47,059 nucleotides of DNA. It comes from a bacterium (GTDB lineage: Bacteria > Verrucomicrobiota > Kiritimatiellia > RFP12 > DVOR01). The stretch lies in contig JAUNQZ010000002.1 in the NCBI GenBank assembly GCA_030535915.1, positions 1-47,059 on the forward strand, written 5' to 3'. Below the pieces are notes generated by a model. It saw only the letters and a program-made list of their open reading frames with translations. It had not been told where the DNA came from and did not search any database. Each line of letters starts with the position of its first letter. Position 1 is the stretch's first letter. This document shows positions 18,237 to 27,930 of the stretch, in pieces. The position numbers and the translations under genes were made by a program.

Positions 18237-19473
18237 GAGATGGAGTCTCCTCTTCGTCTATGTCTGTCATTGTAGAAGTCTCTGCCGTCGCAAGATCAAC
18301 CGATTGTAACGCCGTTTGCAAAGTCCGCAAACGCGAGGTTTCCTTTTCAGTCGCCGAAACAGCATTCTGTAACGATTTAAGCGTCGCCGCATGTTGGCGT
18401 TCAAACCCTTCCAACGCTTGTTTCACGCGCTGGAGCGTCTTCATCACCTCAACGGTATTCTTCTGCACTGCGAGTGTACGAAAACCTAAACGCAATGCAC
18501 TTAAAAGCGCGCCCAACGTCGTTGGACCCGCAAGCAAAATCTTCGCCTTGGTCTGCAGTTCATCCACCAGACCCGGCGAACGGAGCAACTCAAGATAGAG
18601 TCCCTCCGTCGGTAAAAAGAGAATCGCGAAATCCGTCGTGTACGGCGGCATCACATACGCATCGCGAACCTCAATAGCAAATTTTTTCACACGATTGACC
18701 AAGGCTTGATGCAACGCTTCAACGCCTTCTCGATTACCTGCCTCCGCCGCAAGCAACAACCGCTCATAATCTTCTTGGGGAAATTTCGAGTCAATCGGCA
18801 ACCACACGCGTTCGCCATCCCCATCTCCCGGTAAGGCCACGGCAAACTCAACCACACGGCGCTGTGCACGCGGATTAGGATGAACATTCGCCTCATACTG
18901 TCCGGGAGCTAACATATCGGCTAATAACGAACCTAACTGATATTCACCCCATGTGCCGCGGGACTTGACATTCCCAAGCATTTGCGAGAAGCGCGTCACA
19001 CTCCCCGTCAAATCAGAAACCCCTTTATTGAGATGCTCAAGGGTCGTCAACCGCTGATGCACATGATCCAAGGTCTCGCGAACGAGTTTAAAGTCACTCT
19101 CAAAGCGTTGCTTGACCGATGCATCCACGCGCCCGGGCAAGGTTTCCGTAACGAGGCGCTGCACATCGGAGAGTTGCTGCTTCGACGTCGCCCCCAATGA
19201 TTCCACACCCTTCGAGAGCGTATCGGAGGACCCCTTCAACAAGAGATGCAACTCTTGGCGTTGCGACGCATCGGCTTCAGAGGCGGCACGACGCGCCGTC
19301 TCCAAACGATCCACTAAACGACGCTCCGTCCCTTCCAATGCTTCGCCTGTCGCCGGTGTTGGTAAAGCGGTAGGATCAAAGGGCTTGCGTTTCAACAAGC
19401 ACATCATCCCAATGCCCAAACCGCACACCGCCGCCAAGAGCAACAAAACAAGGAACAGAAGCACCGTTTCCAT
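18229..19473 (-). CDS. rmuC: DNA recombination protein RmuC
   Basis: 414 aa with an N-terminal TM helix, a long coiled coil and a C-terminal RmuC-type region (FAILFLPTEGLYLELL). Confidence 0.85.
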   Translation of the reverse strand: METVLLFLVLLLLAAVCGLGIGMMCLLKRKPFDPTALPTPATGEALEGTERRLVDRLETARRAASEADASQRQELHLLLKGSSDTLSKGVESLGATSKQQLSDVQRLVTETLPGRVDASVKQRFESDFKLVRETLDHVHQRLTTLEHLNKGVSDLTGSVTRFSQMLGNVKSRGTWGEYQLGSLLADMLAPGQYEANVHPNPRAQRRVVEFAVALPGDGDGERVWLPIDSKFPQEDYERLLLAAEAGNREGVEALHQALVNRVKKFAIEVRDAYVMPPYTTDFAILFLPTEGLYLELLRSPGLVDELQTKAKILLAGPTTLGALLSALRLGFRTLAVQKNTVEVMKTLQRVKQALEGFERQHAATLKSLQNAVSATEKETSRLRTLQTALQSVDLATAETSTMTDIDEEETPSHA

Positions 19474-19493
19474 AAGTTCGCTTTCCGCAAGCC

Positions 19494-20762
19494 TTACTTG
19501 GTCATTGCCGCCGCTAAAGCGTTACCAAATTCGGAACACTTCACTTCGGTGGCGCCTTCCATCAAACGCGCAAAGTCATAGGTGACCGTCTTATCGGCGA
19601 TAACCTTGTCCATCGCTTCAATGATCTTATCGGCAGCCTCGGTCCAGCCCATATAGCGGAGCATCATTTCACCCGAGAGAATCAACGAGCCCGGATTGAC
19701 CTTATCCAACCCCGCATACTTCGGAGCGGTGCCATGGGTCGCTTCAAAGACCGCCACACCCGTGGTGTAGTTGATATTCGCCCCCGGTGCAATGCCAATG
19801 CCACCCACACAAGCGGCGAGGGCATCAGAGACATAGTCGCCATTGAGGTTCAAGGTCGCAATCACATCATACTCCGCAGGACGCGTCAAAATCTGCTGCA
19901 AAAAGGCATCACAAATGCAATCTTTCACAACGATTTCATTCCCCGTCGTGGGGTTCTTAAAGGTGCACCAAGGACCTGCGCCCATTTCCGTTGCGTTAAA
20001 TTCACGCTTGGCAAGCGCATACCCCCAATCACGAAAAGCACCTTCCGTGAACTTCTGGATATTCCCCTTGTGCACAAAGGTCACCGACTTACGGTTGTTG
20101 GCAATCGCATACTCAATCGCCGCACGAATCAAGCGTTCGCTCCCTTCTAAGGAGACAGGCTTAATCCCAATCGAACTCGATTCCGGGAAACGAATCTTCT
20201 TCACACCCATCGTCTGCTGCAAGAAATCTACCACTTGCTTCGCTTCGGGGGTACCATTCATCCATTCAATACCTGCATAAATGTCTTCGGTATTTTCGCG
20301 GAAAATCACCATATCGGTCAATTCGGGATGCAACACCGGCGAGGGCACACCCTTAAACCAACGCACAGGACGCAAACAAACATAGAGATCCAACAACTGA
20401 CGCATCGCCACATTGATCGAGCGAATGCCGCCCCCCACCGGTGTCGTCAAGGGGCCCTTAATCGAAACGAGACAATCACGGCACGCATCAATGGTTTCAT
20501 CTGGCAACCAAGTATTCGGACCATAGACAACATTGGCCTTCTCGCCCGCATAAACTTCCATCCACGCAATTTTGCGTTCATCCCCATACGCCGCCTTCAC
20601 CGCAGCATTCCAAACCGTCATTGCAGCAGCCGTAATATCAGGTCCCGTACCATCGCCTTCAACATACGGAATAATTGGACAATTTGGCACTTGCAAACGA
20701 CCATCGGCACCCATTGTGATTTTTTCACCGAAAGTCGGCAACTGAATCTTATTATAAGCCAT
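19494..20762 (-). CDS. icd: NADP-dependent isocitrate dehydrogenase
   Basis: 422 aa. [19 protein letters not shown] and [26 protein letters not shown] closely match the E. coli Icd signatures as I recall them. Confidence 0.96.
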   Translation of the reverse strand: MAYNKIQLPTFGEKITMGADGRLQVPNCPIIPYVEGDGTGPDITAAAMTVWNAAVKAAYGDERKIAWMEVYAGEKANVVYGPNTWLPDETIDACRDCLVSIKGPLTTPVGGGIRSINVAMRQLLDLYVCLRPVRWFKGVPSPVLHPELTDMVIFRENTEDIYAGIEWMNGTPEAKQVVDFLQQTMGVKKIRFPESSSIGIKPVSLEGSERLIRAAIEYAIANNRKSVTFVHKGNIQKFTEGAFRDWGYALAKREFNATEMGAGPWCTFKNPTTGNEIVVKDCICDAFLQQILTRPAEYDVIATLNLNGDYVSDALAACVGGIGIAPGANINYTTGVAVFEATHGTAPKYAGLDKVNPGSLILSGEMMLRYMGWTEAADKIIEAMDKVIADKTVTYDFARLMEGATEVKCSEFGNALAAAMTK

Positions 20763-20789
20763 GATAAAAACCTTTCTTTTAATCTTATT

Positions 20790-20798
20790 AGTATATCA
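20790..20798 (-). promoter_or_regulatory. Candidate extended -10 promoter of icd
   Basis: On the minus strand, TGATATACT (TGn plus TATACT) lies about 28 nt upstream of the ATG. Confidence 0.4.
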
Positions 20799-20871
20799 AA
20801 AAACTTCGTTTGAAGCGATAAAAAAATCGCGCATCCTCACATTTTACGCCCTGTGAGAAAAAGCCCCCCCC

Positions 20872-21708
20872 TTACGCTTCAAGGAGGCGCCGCGTTTCTT
20901 CTGGCCAACGCTCGGGTTCGGGGGTTTCAAGAATCAACGGAAGCGTCTGCAATGCGGGATGACGCACGAGATGCAACAACGCTTCCCAACCGATCTGTCC
21001 CTCGCCAAAACAGGCGTGGCGATCGAGGTGCGACCCCAAGGTCCCCTTGGAATCATTGATGTGCATCCCTCGCAAGAGCGCAAAGCCGACCGTCTTGTCA
21101 TAGGCGTCTAAAAAGGCATCAACACCCGCCGGGGTGGAAATGTCAAAGCCCGCCGCAAGACTATGCGCCGTGTCTAAACAGAAGCCAATCCGCGACTTAT
21201 CATTCACGCCATCATAAATACGACGGAGCTCTTCAAATGTCGAGCCGAGATACGCCCCCTGCCCCGCCGTATTCTCAATGACAATCGTCACCCCAGCACT
21301 TTGCTCAAGGGCGGTATTGATACTCATCGCCACGCGATCACACGCCGCCTCCACCGAGAGCAACTTTAAATGCGACCCAGGATGTAAATTAAGCCGCGTC
21401 AACCCAAGCGCTTCACACCGATGCAACTCATCGAGAAAGGAGCCCATACTCTTTTCGTAAAGCTCTTCTTTGGGATTGGCGAGATTAATCAAATACCCCG
21501 CGTGCGGAAGAATGTGTTCAGGTGCATACCCCGCGGCTTCGCGCGCCGCCTTGAAATCGCTAATATCCTTCGCGCTTAACGGCTTTCCAATCCACTGCCG
21601 TTGATTCTTTACAAAGAGCGCAAACGCCGTCGCACCCACGGCTTGCGCATTTGCAATCGCCGCGGCGGGCGAACCCGCCGCAGACACATGAGGCCCTACA
21701 TAACGCAT
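20872..21708 (-). CDS. nfo: Endonuclease IV
   Basis: Motifs HPGSH, ENTAGQG, CLDTAHSLAAG and HINDSK. The track ORF starts at a TTG (21741). The ATG at 21708 is preceded by AAGGAGG. Confidence 0.93.
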   Translation of the reverse strand: MRYVGPHVSAAGSPAAAIANAQAVGATAFALFVKNQRQWIGKPLSAKDISDFKAAREAAGYAPEHILPHAGYLINLANPKEELYEKSMGSFLDELHRCEALGLTRLNLHPGSHLKLLSVEAACDRVAMSINTALEQSAGVTIVIENTAGQGAYLGSTFEELRRIYDGVNDKSRIGFCLDTAHSLAAGFDISTPAGVDAFLDAYDKTVGFALLRGMHINDSKGTLGSHLDRHACFGEGQIGWEALLHLVRHPALQTLPLILETPEPERWPEETRRLLEA

Positions 21709-21719
21709 ACGACACCTCC

Positions 21720-22142
21720 TTAGCGACGATAAGTCGCACAACTTTCGGGCGTTTCACTCACGCTGACCGCCATCACCGGCAACCCACACGCTTCAATCTT
21801 CTCAAAGAAATGACGCGCGAGATTTTCACTGGTCGAGCGATACCCCATCGGATAAGTCCGCAACCCATGCTTCTGCAAGGTCGCTGCAATGTCCGATTCG
21901 ACGGCACTCTGCGTATCGTAGAGAAACGCATGATCACACGGCTTCACAATCGTATTATTCAAGACCTCTTTGAGCTCTTTAAAATCCATCACCATATCTT
22001 CGGGTTGACCCGGCACCGGTGCCACGGTAGAGAGTTCTACCGCGACACGATAAGTATGCCCATGAAGATTTTTGCACTGACCGCCATGTCCTGTCAACAA
22101 ATGTGCAGCATCAAATGAAACCGTCTTCGAAACAATCAACAT
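21720..22142 (-). CDS. queD: 6-carboxy-5,6,7,8-tetrahydropterin synthase / PTPS family
   Basis: 140 aa. Motifs are FDAAHLL and CKNLHGHTY (CxxxHGH). Confidence 0.88.
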   Translation of the reverse strand: MLIVSKTVSFDAAHLLTGHGGQCKNLHGHTYRVAVELSTVAPVPGQPEDMVMDFKELKEVLNNTIVKPCDHAFLYDTQSAVESDIAATLQKHGLRTYPMGYRSTSENLARHFFEKIEACGLPVMAVSVSETPESCATYRR

Positions 22143-22182
22143 ACTGAATCCTCCTCAACGAATTCCGCCATAAAAAAGAACC

Positions 22183-23502
22183 TTACTTCTGAGGACCGAC
22201 AGGTCCGCGCTTCGGGCGTTGATGGCGTTGATAAAAAGGTTGCTTCGGCGCCTTGGGGACCGGCTTCTTGGAGGAAACCGGCGTTCCCGCCGCAGCGCGT
22301 TGCGGACGCGCGTGCGCTTGCTTGGGCGGACGCGATGCCGCCGCCCCCATTGCGGTGCGAGCCGCGTCGGAGTGCAACGGCTGCTCGGCGTCCCACGGAA
22401 GCGTCTTCCGAATAAATTTCTCAATCTCTCGCAACGCATTACGGTCGTGCGCACACACCAGTGAGAGCGCCACGCCTTCGGCACCAGCACGCGCGGTACG
22501 ACCAATGCGATGAACATAAGTTTCGGGTTCGTCTGGCAAATCATAGTTAATGACATGGGTGACATCATCCACATCAATGCCACGCGCCGCAATATCGGTC
22601 GCGACCAAGACTTGCACCTTCCCCGAGCGGAACCCTTCCAACGCACGCGTCCGCGCCCCTTGGCTCTTATCGCCATGCAGCGCCATCGCGGGAAACCCAT
22701 CACGCGTCAGCTGCTTCGCCAAACGATCGGCCCCGTGCTTCATCCGAGGAAACACAATCACACGAAAACACTTGGGAGAATCCAACACCCACTTCAAGAG
22801 CGCATACTTATTCTCCTTATCCACGAAGTAAACCTGCTGACGAATGCGTTCAACCGTCGGCACACCTGGATCAATGCGAATCTCAACCGGTGTCGTTCGA
22901 ATAAAGCTCTGCGCGAGTTCGGTGACTTCGGGTGAAAGCGTTGCGGAGAAGAAGAGCGACTGACGCCGCTGCGGCAACCGCACAAGAATCTTCTTAATAT
23001 CCGGCAAAAAGCCCATATCCAGCATTCGGTCGGCTTCATCGAGCACCACCGCGAGAATATCATTGAGCTGACACGCCCCCTGACCCATCAAGTCTAAGAG
23101 ACGCCCCGGCGTTGCGACCAACACCCCAATCCCTTTCTTCAAGGCATCGATTTGAGGATTGATATTCACCCCGCCAAAGACCGTTGCACACGGGGTCTTC
23201 TGATACTTCGCATAGGCTTGCAAATGCTCACCAATCTGGGCGGCGAGTTCACGGGTCGGCGCCAAAACCAAAACCCGCGGACGCCCCGGACGAAAGCCCA
23301 CATGCTGCTGCTCCAAACGATGCAACAACGGTAAACAAAAGGCCGCCGTCTTTCCCGTACCCGTTTGCGCACAGCCCATCACATCACGCCCCTTGAGAAT
23401 CGGCACCATCGCTTCTCGCTGAATCGGCGTAGGCGTTGTATACCCCTTCTCTTTTACGGCGCGTTGTAACTGTGGATGAAGGAGATCAAAGACTTGACTC
23501 AT
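22183..23502 (-). CDS. rhlE: DEAD-box ATP-dependent RNA helicase (RhlE-like) with an Arg/Pro/Lys-rich tail
   Basis: Motifs AQTGTGKT, PTRELA, DEAD, SAT and HRIGRTARAG. The C-terminal tail of about 60 aa is basic and low-complexity. Confidence 0.9.
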   Translation of the reverse strand: MSQVFDLLHPQLQRAVKEKGYTTPTPIQREAMVPILKGRDVMGCAQTGTGKTAAFCLPLLHRLEQQHVGFRPGRPRVLVLAPTRELAAQIGEHLQAYAKYQKTPCATVFGGVNINPQIDALKKGIGVLVATPGRLLDLMGQGACQLNDILAVVLDEADRMLDMGFLPDIKKILVRLPQRRQSLFFSATLSPEVTELAQSFIRTTPVEIRIDPGVPTVERIRQQVYFVDKENKYALLKWVLDSPKCFRVIVFPRMKHGADRLAKQLTRDGFPAMALHGDKSQGARTRALEGFRSGKVQVLVATDIAARGIDVDDVTHVINYDLPDEPETYVHRIGRTARAGAEGVALSLVCAHDRNALREIEKFIRKTLPWDAEQPLHSDAARTAMGAAASRPPKQAHARPQRAAAGTPVSSKKPVPKAPKQPFYQRHQRPKRGPVGPQK

Positions 23503-25307
23503 GCGTGTTGTGCTCCTTTACCGCCACCTTTTTTACCCGCCTTCTGAAAGGCTTTTCCACCCTTCTTAAACGCCTTCTCGCCCTTCTTAAAGGCACCCTT
23601 TCCGTCCTTCTTAAAGGGTTTTCCCCCGCGCTTGTCTCCACGCTTCTCTGAGAACTTCTTCTGAAAGGATTTCTTCGGCTTCTTTTCGTGCAAATCTTCT
23701 ACTGGGTCAACCCACTTGGGATTGAGCGGTCGTCCATCAAAATCAACATTCTGTAGCGCCGACAAGACCCGACGCCCGAGTTCCGCTCGCACATCAAAGA
23801 AAGCAAACTCACGCTTAATGCTAATCGCCCCGATATCCGAGGCTTGAATCCCCGCATGTTCACAGGCTAAGCGCACCACTGCGCCTTCCTTCAAGTGATC
23901 CAAACGCCCCACATGAATCATAATGCGCTGACGCTCACCAAAGGCCGCATCGCGTTCAGCTTTATCGACCACGCGTTGTGCAGGATTGATATCCTTCGCA
24001 TCCTTATACGCATCCATCAAGGTCGAGAGACGCAGCTGTAAAATACGCGCCAACACCTCTTCGGAGGAAAGCCCCGTCATCATCGGCGAAACCGCGGGTA
24101 ACAATTCGAGAATCGCTGGATGAATCTCCGTGGTCGTGCGCACCTGCTCCGCCAACCAAAAGACATGCTTCTGACGCACCTCTTCCGGCGTAGGAATCGA
24201 CCGCTGCTCAAAGCGCATCCCACAAATGCGTTCAATCAACCGCAAACGATGCTTCTCACGCGGCGTCACCAGCGAAATCGAAATTCCACTCTTTCCCGCA
24301 CGCGCCGTACGCCCACTTCGATGCGTATACACCGCCGGATCATCCGGTAAATGATAATGAATCACATGCGAAATGTCATCCACATCCAAGCCACGCGCCG
24401 CCACATCCGTCGCCACGAGAATGCGCACCGCCTTCTCACGAAACTTCCGCATCACGCTATCGCGCTGCGCCTGCGACAAATCACCATGCAGCGCCTCTGC
24501 ATACACACCCTCATGCATCAAGGTCTCACTCAACCGCTGTGTATCCACACGCGTCCGACAAAAGACCAACCCATACATCTCCGGCACGAAATCAATCACG
24601 CGACGCAACGCCCCATAACGATTGTGCTCTGCAACCGCATACGCGTGATGCACAATATTCGCCTGCGTCTCATTCTTCGTCCCCACCGTAATCTCAAGCG
24701 GATCAGAAATATAAGTCTTCGCAATCGCCTCCACCTCTGGCGGCATCGTCGCCGAGAAAAGCCACATCGCCGCACCCTTCGGCACCGCATCGAGAATGAA
24801 CGACAGCTCCTCACGGAACCCCAAATTCAACATCTCATCCGCCTCATCGAGCACGCAAGTCTTCACCGTCTCCAGCGAAATCGCCTCACGACGAATCAAA
24901 TCACACAAACGCCCCGGCGTCGCCACGACCACCTGCGCCCCCCGCGACAACTTTACAATCTGCTGACCAATCGGCGCGCCACCATAACACGCCACCACAT
25001 GGACATGCTCCAGATACTTCGCGAACCGCGCCAACTCCTCACCAATCTGCAAACACAACTCACGCGTCGGCGCCAAAATCAACCCCTGCACCTCCGCCGC
25101 AGCCGCATCCAAATGCGCCAACATTGGCAATCCATACCCACAGGTCTTCCCCGTGCCCGTCGCAGCCAACGCCACACAATCCGGTGGATCCTCCACCAGC
25201 AACGCCGGAATCGCCTCCGCTTGAATCGGCATCGGTGTCGTAAAGCCCAACTTCTCAACAGCCTTCAACAACGCACTCGGCAAACCCAAATCCTTAAATT
25301 CAACCAT
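23499..25307 (-). CDS. deaD: DEAD-box ATP-dependent RNA helicase (DeaD/CsdA-like) with a DbpA-type RNA-binding domain and a Lys/Gly-rich tail
   Basis: Motifs AATGTGKT, DEADEM, SAT and HRSGRTARAG. The C-terminus is ...KKDGKGAFKKGEKAFKKGGKAFQKAGKKGGGKG. It has an ATGA overlap with the next helicase gene. Confidence 0.9.
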   Translation of the reverse strand: MVEFKDLGLPSALLKAVEKLGFTTPMPIQAEAIPALLVEDPPDCVALAATGTGKTCGYGLPMLAHLDAAAAEVQGLILAPTRELCLQIGEELARFAKYLEHVHVVACYGGAPIGQQIVKLSRGAQVVVATPGRLCDLIRREAISLETVKTCVLDEADEMLNLGFREELSFILDAVPKGAAMWLFSATMPPEVEAIAKTYISDPLEITVGTKNETQANIVHHAYAVAEHNRYGALRRVIDFVPEMYGLVFCRTRVDTQRLSETLMHEGVYAEALHGDLSQAQRDSVMRKFREKAVRILVATDVAARGLDVDDISHVIHYHLPDDPAVYTHRSGRTARAGKSGISISLVTPREKHRLRLIERICGMRFEQRSIPTPEEVRQKHVFWLAEQVRTTTEIHPAILELLPAVSPMMTGLSSEEVLARILQLRLSTLMDAYKDAKDINPAQRVVDKAERDAAFGERQRIMIHVGRLDHLKEGAVVRLACEHAGIQASDIGAISIKREFAFFDVRAELGRRVLSALQNVDFDGRPLNPKWVDPVEDLHEKKPKKSFQKKFSEKRGDKRGGKPFKKDGKGAFKKGEKAFKKGGKAFQKAGKKGGGKGAQHA

Positions 25308-25335
25308 ACATTTCCTTTCAAAAAATACAATCTCT

Positions 25336-25344
25336 TATTATATC
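25336..25344 (-). promoter_or_regulatory. Candidate extended -10 promoter of the helicase operon
   Basis: On the minus strand, TGATATAAT lies about 30 nt upstream of the ATG at 25307. Confidence 0.45.
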
Positions 25345-25613
25345 ATAAATAATCCCCCAAAAACACACCTTTTTAACACCCCCACCAAAGCGCTTTTTTA
25401 ACGCCGAATCCGCCAAAGGGCTGTCATGGGGAGTGCCCCATACCCCCGGATCTCGCAGGTTTCGTAGGGCGACGACCGCACACGGTCTCGATGCGCTCGA
25501 ATTATGAATGAGGAATCTTATCTATTGAGATTTAGTATAATATGGCCGTTTTAATTAATGGGTGTTAATTAAAATCCTCCAGAGAGGGTCTTGTTGGGCG
25601 GAGGAAAAAAGGC

Positions 25614-25643
25614 TTGCTTTTGGAGGGGATTTCAAGGTATAAT
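25614..25643 (+). promoter_or_regulatory. Candidate proximal promoter of purC
   Basis: TTGCTT (25614-25619), an 18-nt spacer, then TATAAT (25638-25643). GAAGGAG Shine-Dalgarno before the ATG at 25679. Confidence 0.4.
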
Positions 25644-25678
25644 ATGGGACGTTTTTAGAATGATGAAGGAGTCTATTT

Positions 25679-26593
25679 ATGACATTTGATAAACGCGGTG
25701 CGTTGATGGAAGTGACGATCCCTGGGATGGATAAAATTCAGGGTAAGGTTCGTGATATCTATGATTTGGGCGATAAGATGTTGATTATCGTTACGGATCG
25801 TTTGAGCGCATTTGACGTGATTATGGATGATGGTGTGCCGGGAAAGGGTAAAGTGCTCAATAGCATTTCGACCTTTTGGTTCCGTAAGTTTGCGGAGGTG
25901 TGCCCGAACCATTTGATTTCGGCGGATATTAAGGATTATCCGGCGCCGTTTAATGCAATGCCTGAGTTGCAGAATCGTTCGATGCTCGTGCGTAAGCTGA
26001 AGGTGGTTCCTTATGAATGCATTGTGCGTGGGTATCTCACGGGTAGCGGTTGGGCTGAATATCAGAAGCATGGTACAGTGAATGGTCAAAAGCTTCGCGA
26101 GGGTTATCAGAATGCTTCGAAGCTTGATGAGGTTCTCTTCACCCCCACGACCAAAGCTGAAATTGGTGATCATGACATGGCGATTTCGGTTGAGGATATG
26201 GCGAAGGATATCGGTACGGAATTAGCCACGAAGCTCAAGGATCTCTCCATTAAGTTCTACTCGGAAGCTGCAAAGTTTGCTGAATCGCGTGGTATCATCT
26301 TGGCCGACACTAAGTTTGAATTTGGTATGGATGAAGAGGGTAACATTGTTTTGGCAGACGAAGTGTTGACGCCGGACTCTTCTCGTTTCTGGGCGACTTC
26401 GACTTATGCGGTGGGTTCGAATCCTCCGAGCATGGATAAGCAGTTTGTTCGTGACTGGTTGGATTCGATCAACTTCAACCATCAGCCTCCGGCACCTGCA
26501 TTGCCAGATGAAGTTATTCAAAAGACGCAGGACATCTATGCCGAGTGTTACAACCGCCTCACCGAAGGCGAAGCTTGCGCACCGGTCCTCTAA
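25679..26593 (+). CDS. purC: Phosphoribosylaminoimidazole-succinocarboxamide (SAICAR) synthase, long form
   Basis: 304 aa. Motifs are LIIVTDRLSAFD and LADTKFEFG. Confidence 0.95.
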   Translation: MTFDKRGALMEVTIPGMDKIQGKVRDIYDLGDKMLIIVTDRLSAFDVIMDDGVPGKGKVLNSISTFWFRKFAEVCPNHLISADIKDYPAPFNAMPELQNRSMLVRKLKVVPYECIVRGYLTGSGWAEYQKHGTVNGQKLREGYQNASKLDEVLFTPTTKAEIGDHDMAISVEDMAKDIGTELATKLKDLSIKFYSEAAKFAESRGIILADTKFEFGMDEEGNIVLADEVLTPDSSRFWATSTYAVGSNPPSMDKQFVRDWLDSINFNHQPPAPALPDEVIQKTQDIYAECYNRLTEGEACAPVL

Positions 26594-26611
26594 GTGTGAT
26601 AGCGTGATTGT

Positions 26612-26657
26612 AAAAAAAGATGCCTCCGAGGGATTCCTTGGAGGCTTCTTTTTATTT
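26612..26657. terminator. Bidirectional terminator between convergent purC and the MFS gene
   Basis: AAAAAAAGATGCCTCCGAGG-GATT-CCTTGGAGGCTTCTTTTTATTT. A long stem is flanked by an A-run and a T-run. Confidence 0.85.
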
Positions 26658-26666
26658 GCAAAAGGC

Positions 26667-27911
26667 TTATTGCGCTTTTAATTCTTTACATCTAAAGAGG
26701 AAAAGGGTCGCCAAGATGGTGAAGAATGCCATGAGTCCCATTAATCCAAAGGCGACTTTTAGATTAAAGAGTTTTGAAACAACCCCAATCACGGGAGGTG
26801 CAATAAGGAAGCCCATGGCACCAATGGTCGAAATTTCTGCAATCGCAATTCCTGGGGGCATGGATTTTAATTTACCTGCGAGCGCACAGCAGAGGGGGGT
26901 CATTGTGCTGGCTCCAATTCCAATGGACGCACAACCTATCACGGCCATTAAAAAGGGTGTGTGACCGAGGGTGATTTGAGCGCCCGCAATCATGATGAAG
27001 AATCCAAGGAAGAGAAGGAGCGAAGAGAAAAAGAGAATGGTTTTCACGCCAAAGCGTTCCACCAATGCATCGGTGACAAAGCGAGTGGCAACCATTGCCG
27101 CGAGGAAGGCCATATAGGCGGTTTTTTCTTGTGTTGCGAGACATTTTACAACATCGCGCATCCAAATACCATTCCACTCGTAGATGGCGCCTTCACAGAG
27201 CATGCAACCTAAAACAGTGAGTCCTAAGAGGAGCATGACGGGGGTAAAACGCCATGCCATAGAAGGGCGTTTCGCATCAGCGGTTGTTGTTGTCACGAAA
27301 GGAGGATCTACGCGGAGTGCTCCGCCCGTAAAGGTGAGGAGAATCGCCGTTGCAAGGCCGATGCCCATAAAGTGATACTGCGGCGCGAGATGGAAGCATC
27401 CAACAATCATTGCAATGCCGACAGCGACGAAGCCTGCCATCGACCACATCGCATGGAAGAAGGTCATAATACTACGACCGTAGCATTTTTCGAGTTGAAC
27501 GCCTTGTGTATTGACCGCCGTATAGGAGAGGGCTGAAATGAATCCACCAGCGAAGAGAATCCCACCAAAGAGGTGACGCCCCAGCGTTGTACCCGGAAGG
27601 AACGCCGAGACAAGCCCAAGCGAAAAGATTACTGCGCCATAGAGATAGCCTGCGGTAATGGCCATACGTTTGCTTCCAAAGCGTGTCACGAGCCAACCAT
27701 TGAAGGGCATCCCAACGATTTGTCCGAGCGACATCATCAGTAACAAGAGGCCCAGTTGTGCATTGTCTAAATGGAAGAGTGCGCGAACATCTGGAATGCG
27801 TGAGGTCCAGGTTGCGAAGAGTAAACCTTGAATGAAGAAAGAGGCACAAATCGCAATGCGTTGCCGTGGGAGTTGAGCAAGATGGGGTAAGAAGAAACGA
27901 GAGAGTAACAT
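26667..27911 (-). CDS. MFS transporter (YbjJ-like), substrate unknown
   Basis: 414 aa with about 12 predicted hydrophobic helices. The N-terminus is typical of MFS proteins (ICASFFIQGLLFATWTSRIPDV). Confidence 0.8.
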   Translation of the reverse strand: MLLSRFFLPHLAQLPRQRIAICASFFIQGLLFATWTSRIPDVRALFHLDNAQLGLLLLMMSLGQIVGMPFNGWLVTRFGSKRMAITAGYLYGAVIFSLGLVSAFLPGTTLGRHLFGGILFAGGFISALSYTAVNTQGVQLEKCYGRSIMTFFHAMWSMAGFVAVGIAMIVGCFHLAPQYHFMGIGLATAILLTFTGGALRVDPPFVTTTTADAKRPSMAWRFTPVMLLLGLTVLGCMLCEGAIYEWNGIWMRDVVKCLATQEKTAYMAFLAAMVATRFVTDALVERFGVKTILFFSSLLLFLGFFIMIAGAQITLGHTPFLMAVIGCASIGIGASTMTPLCCALAGKLKSMPPGIAIAEISTIGAMGFLIAPPVIGVVSKLFNLKVAFGLMGLMAFFTILATLFLFRCKELKAQ

Positions 27912-27930
27912 ACGTTTTGTTCGTCAGTGA

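Noticed and set aside
20864-20871. C8/G8 homopolymer, a possible phase-variation tract
   Set aside because: It lies immediately after the nfo stop codon, outside any CDS and outside the icd promoter spacer. Slippage would therefore not change a reading frame.
22136-22703. Arg-rich ORFs (86 and 182 aa) overlapping the 3' end of the RhlE-like gene
   Set aside because: They are alternative frames of the region that encodes the Arg/Pro-rich tail. No independent start signals are present.
24351-25352. 333-aa plus-strand ORF rich in Arg/His/Leu
   Set aside because: It is antisense to the DeaD-like helicase gene and extends across that gene's start codon and Shine-Dalgarno. The composition is typical of an antisense artefact.
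25395-25500. tRNA, tmRNA or SRP RNA in the GC-rich island
   Set aside because: Neither strand has a T-loop (GGTTCGA-like) sequence, an acceptor or anticodon arm arrangement, or an SRP domain IV motif. It is kept only as an unassigned structured element.
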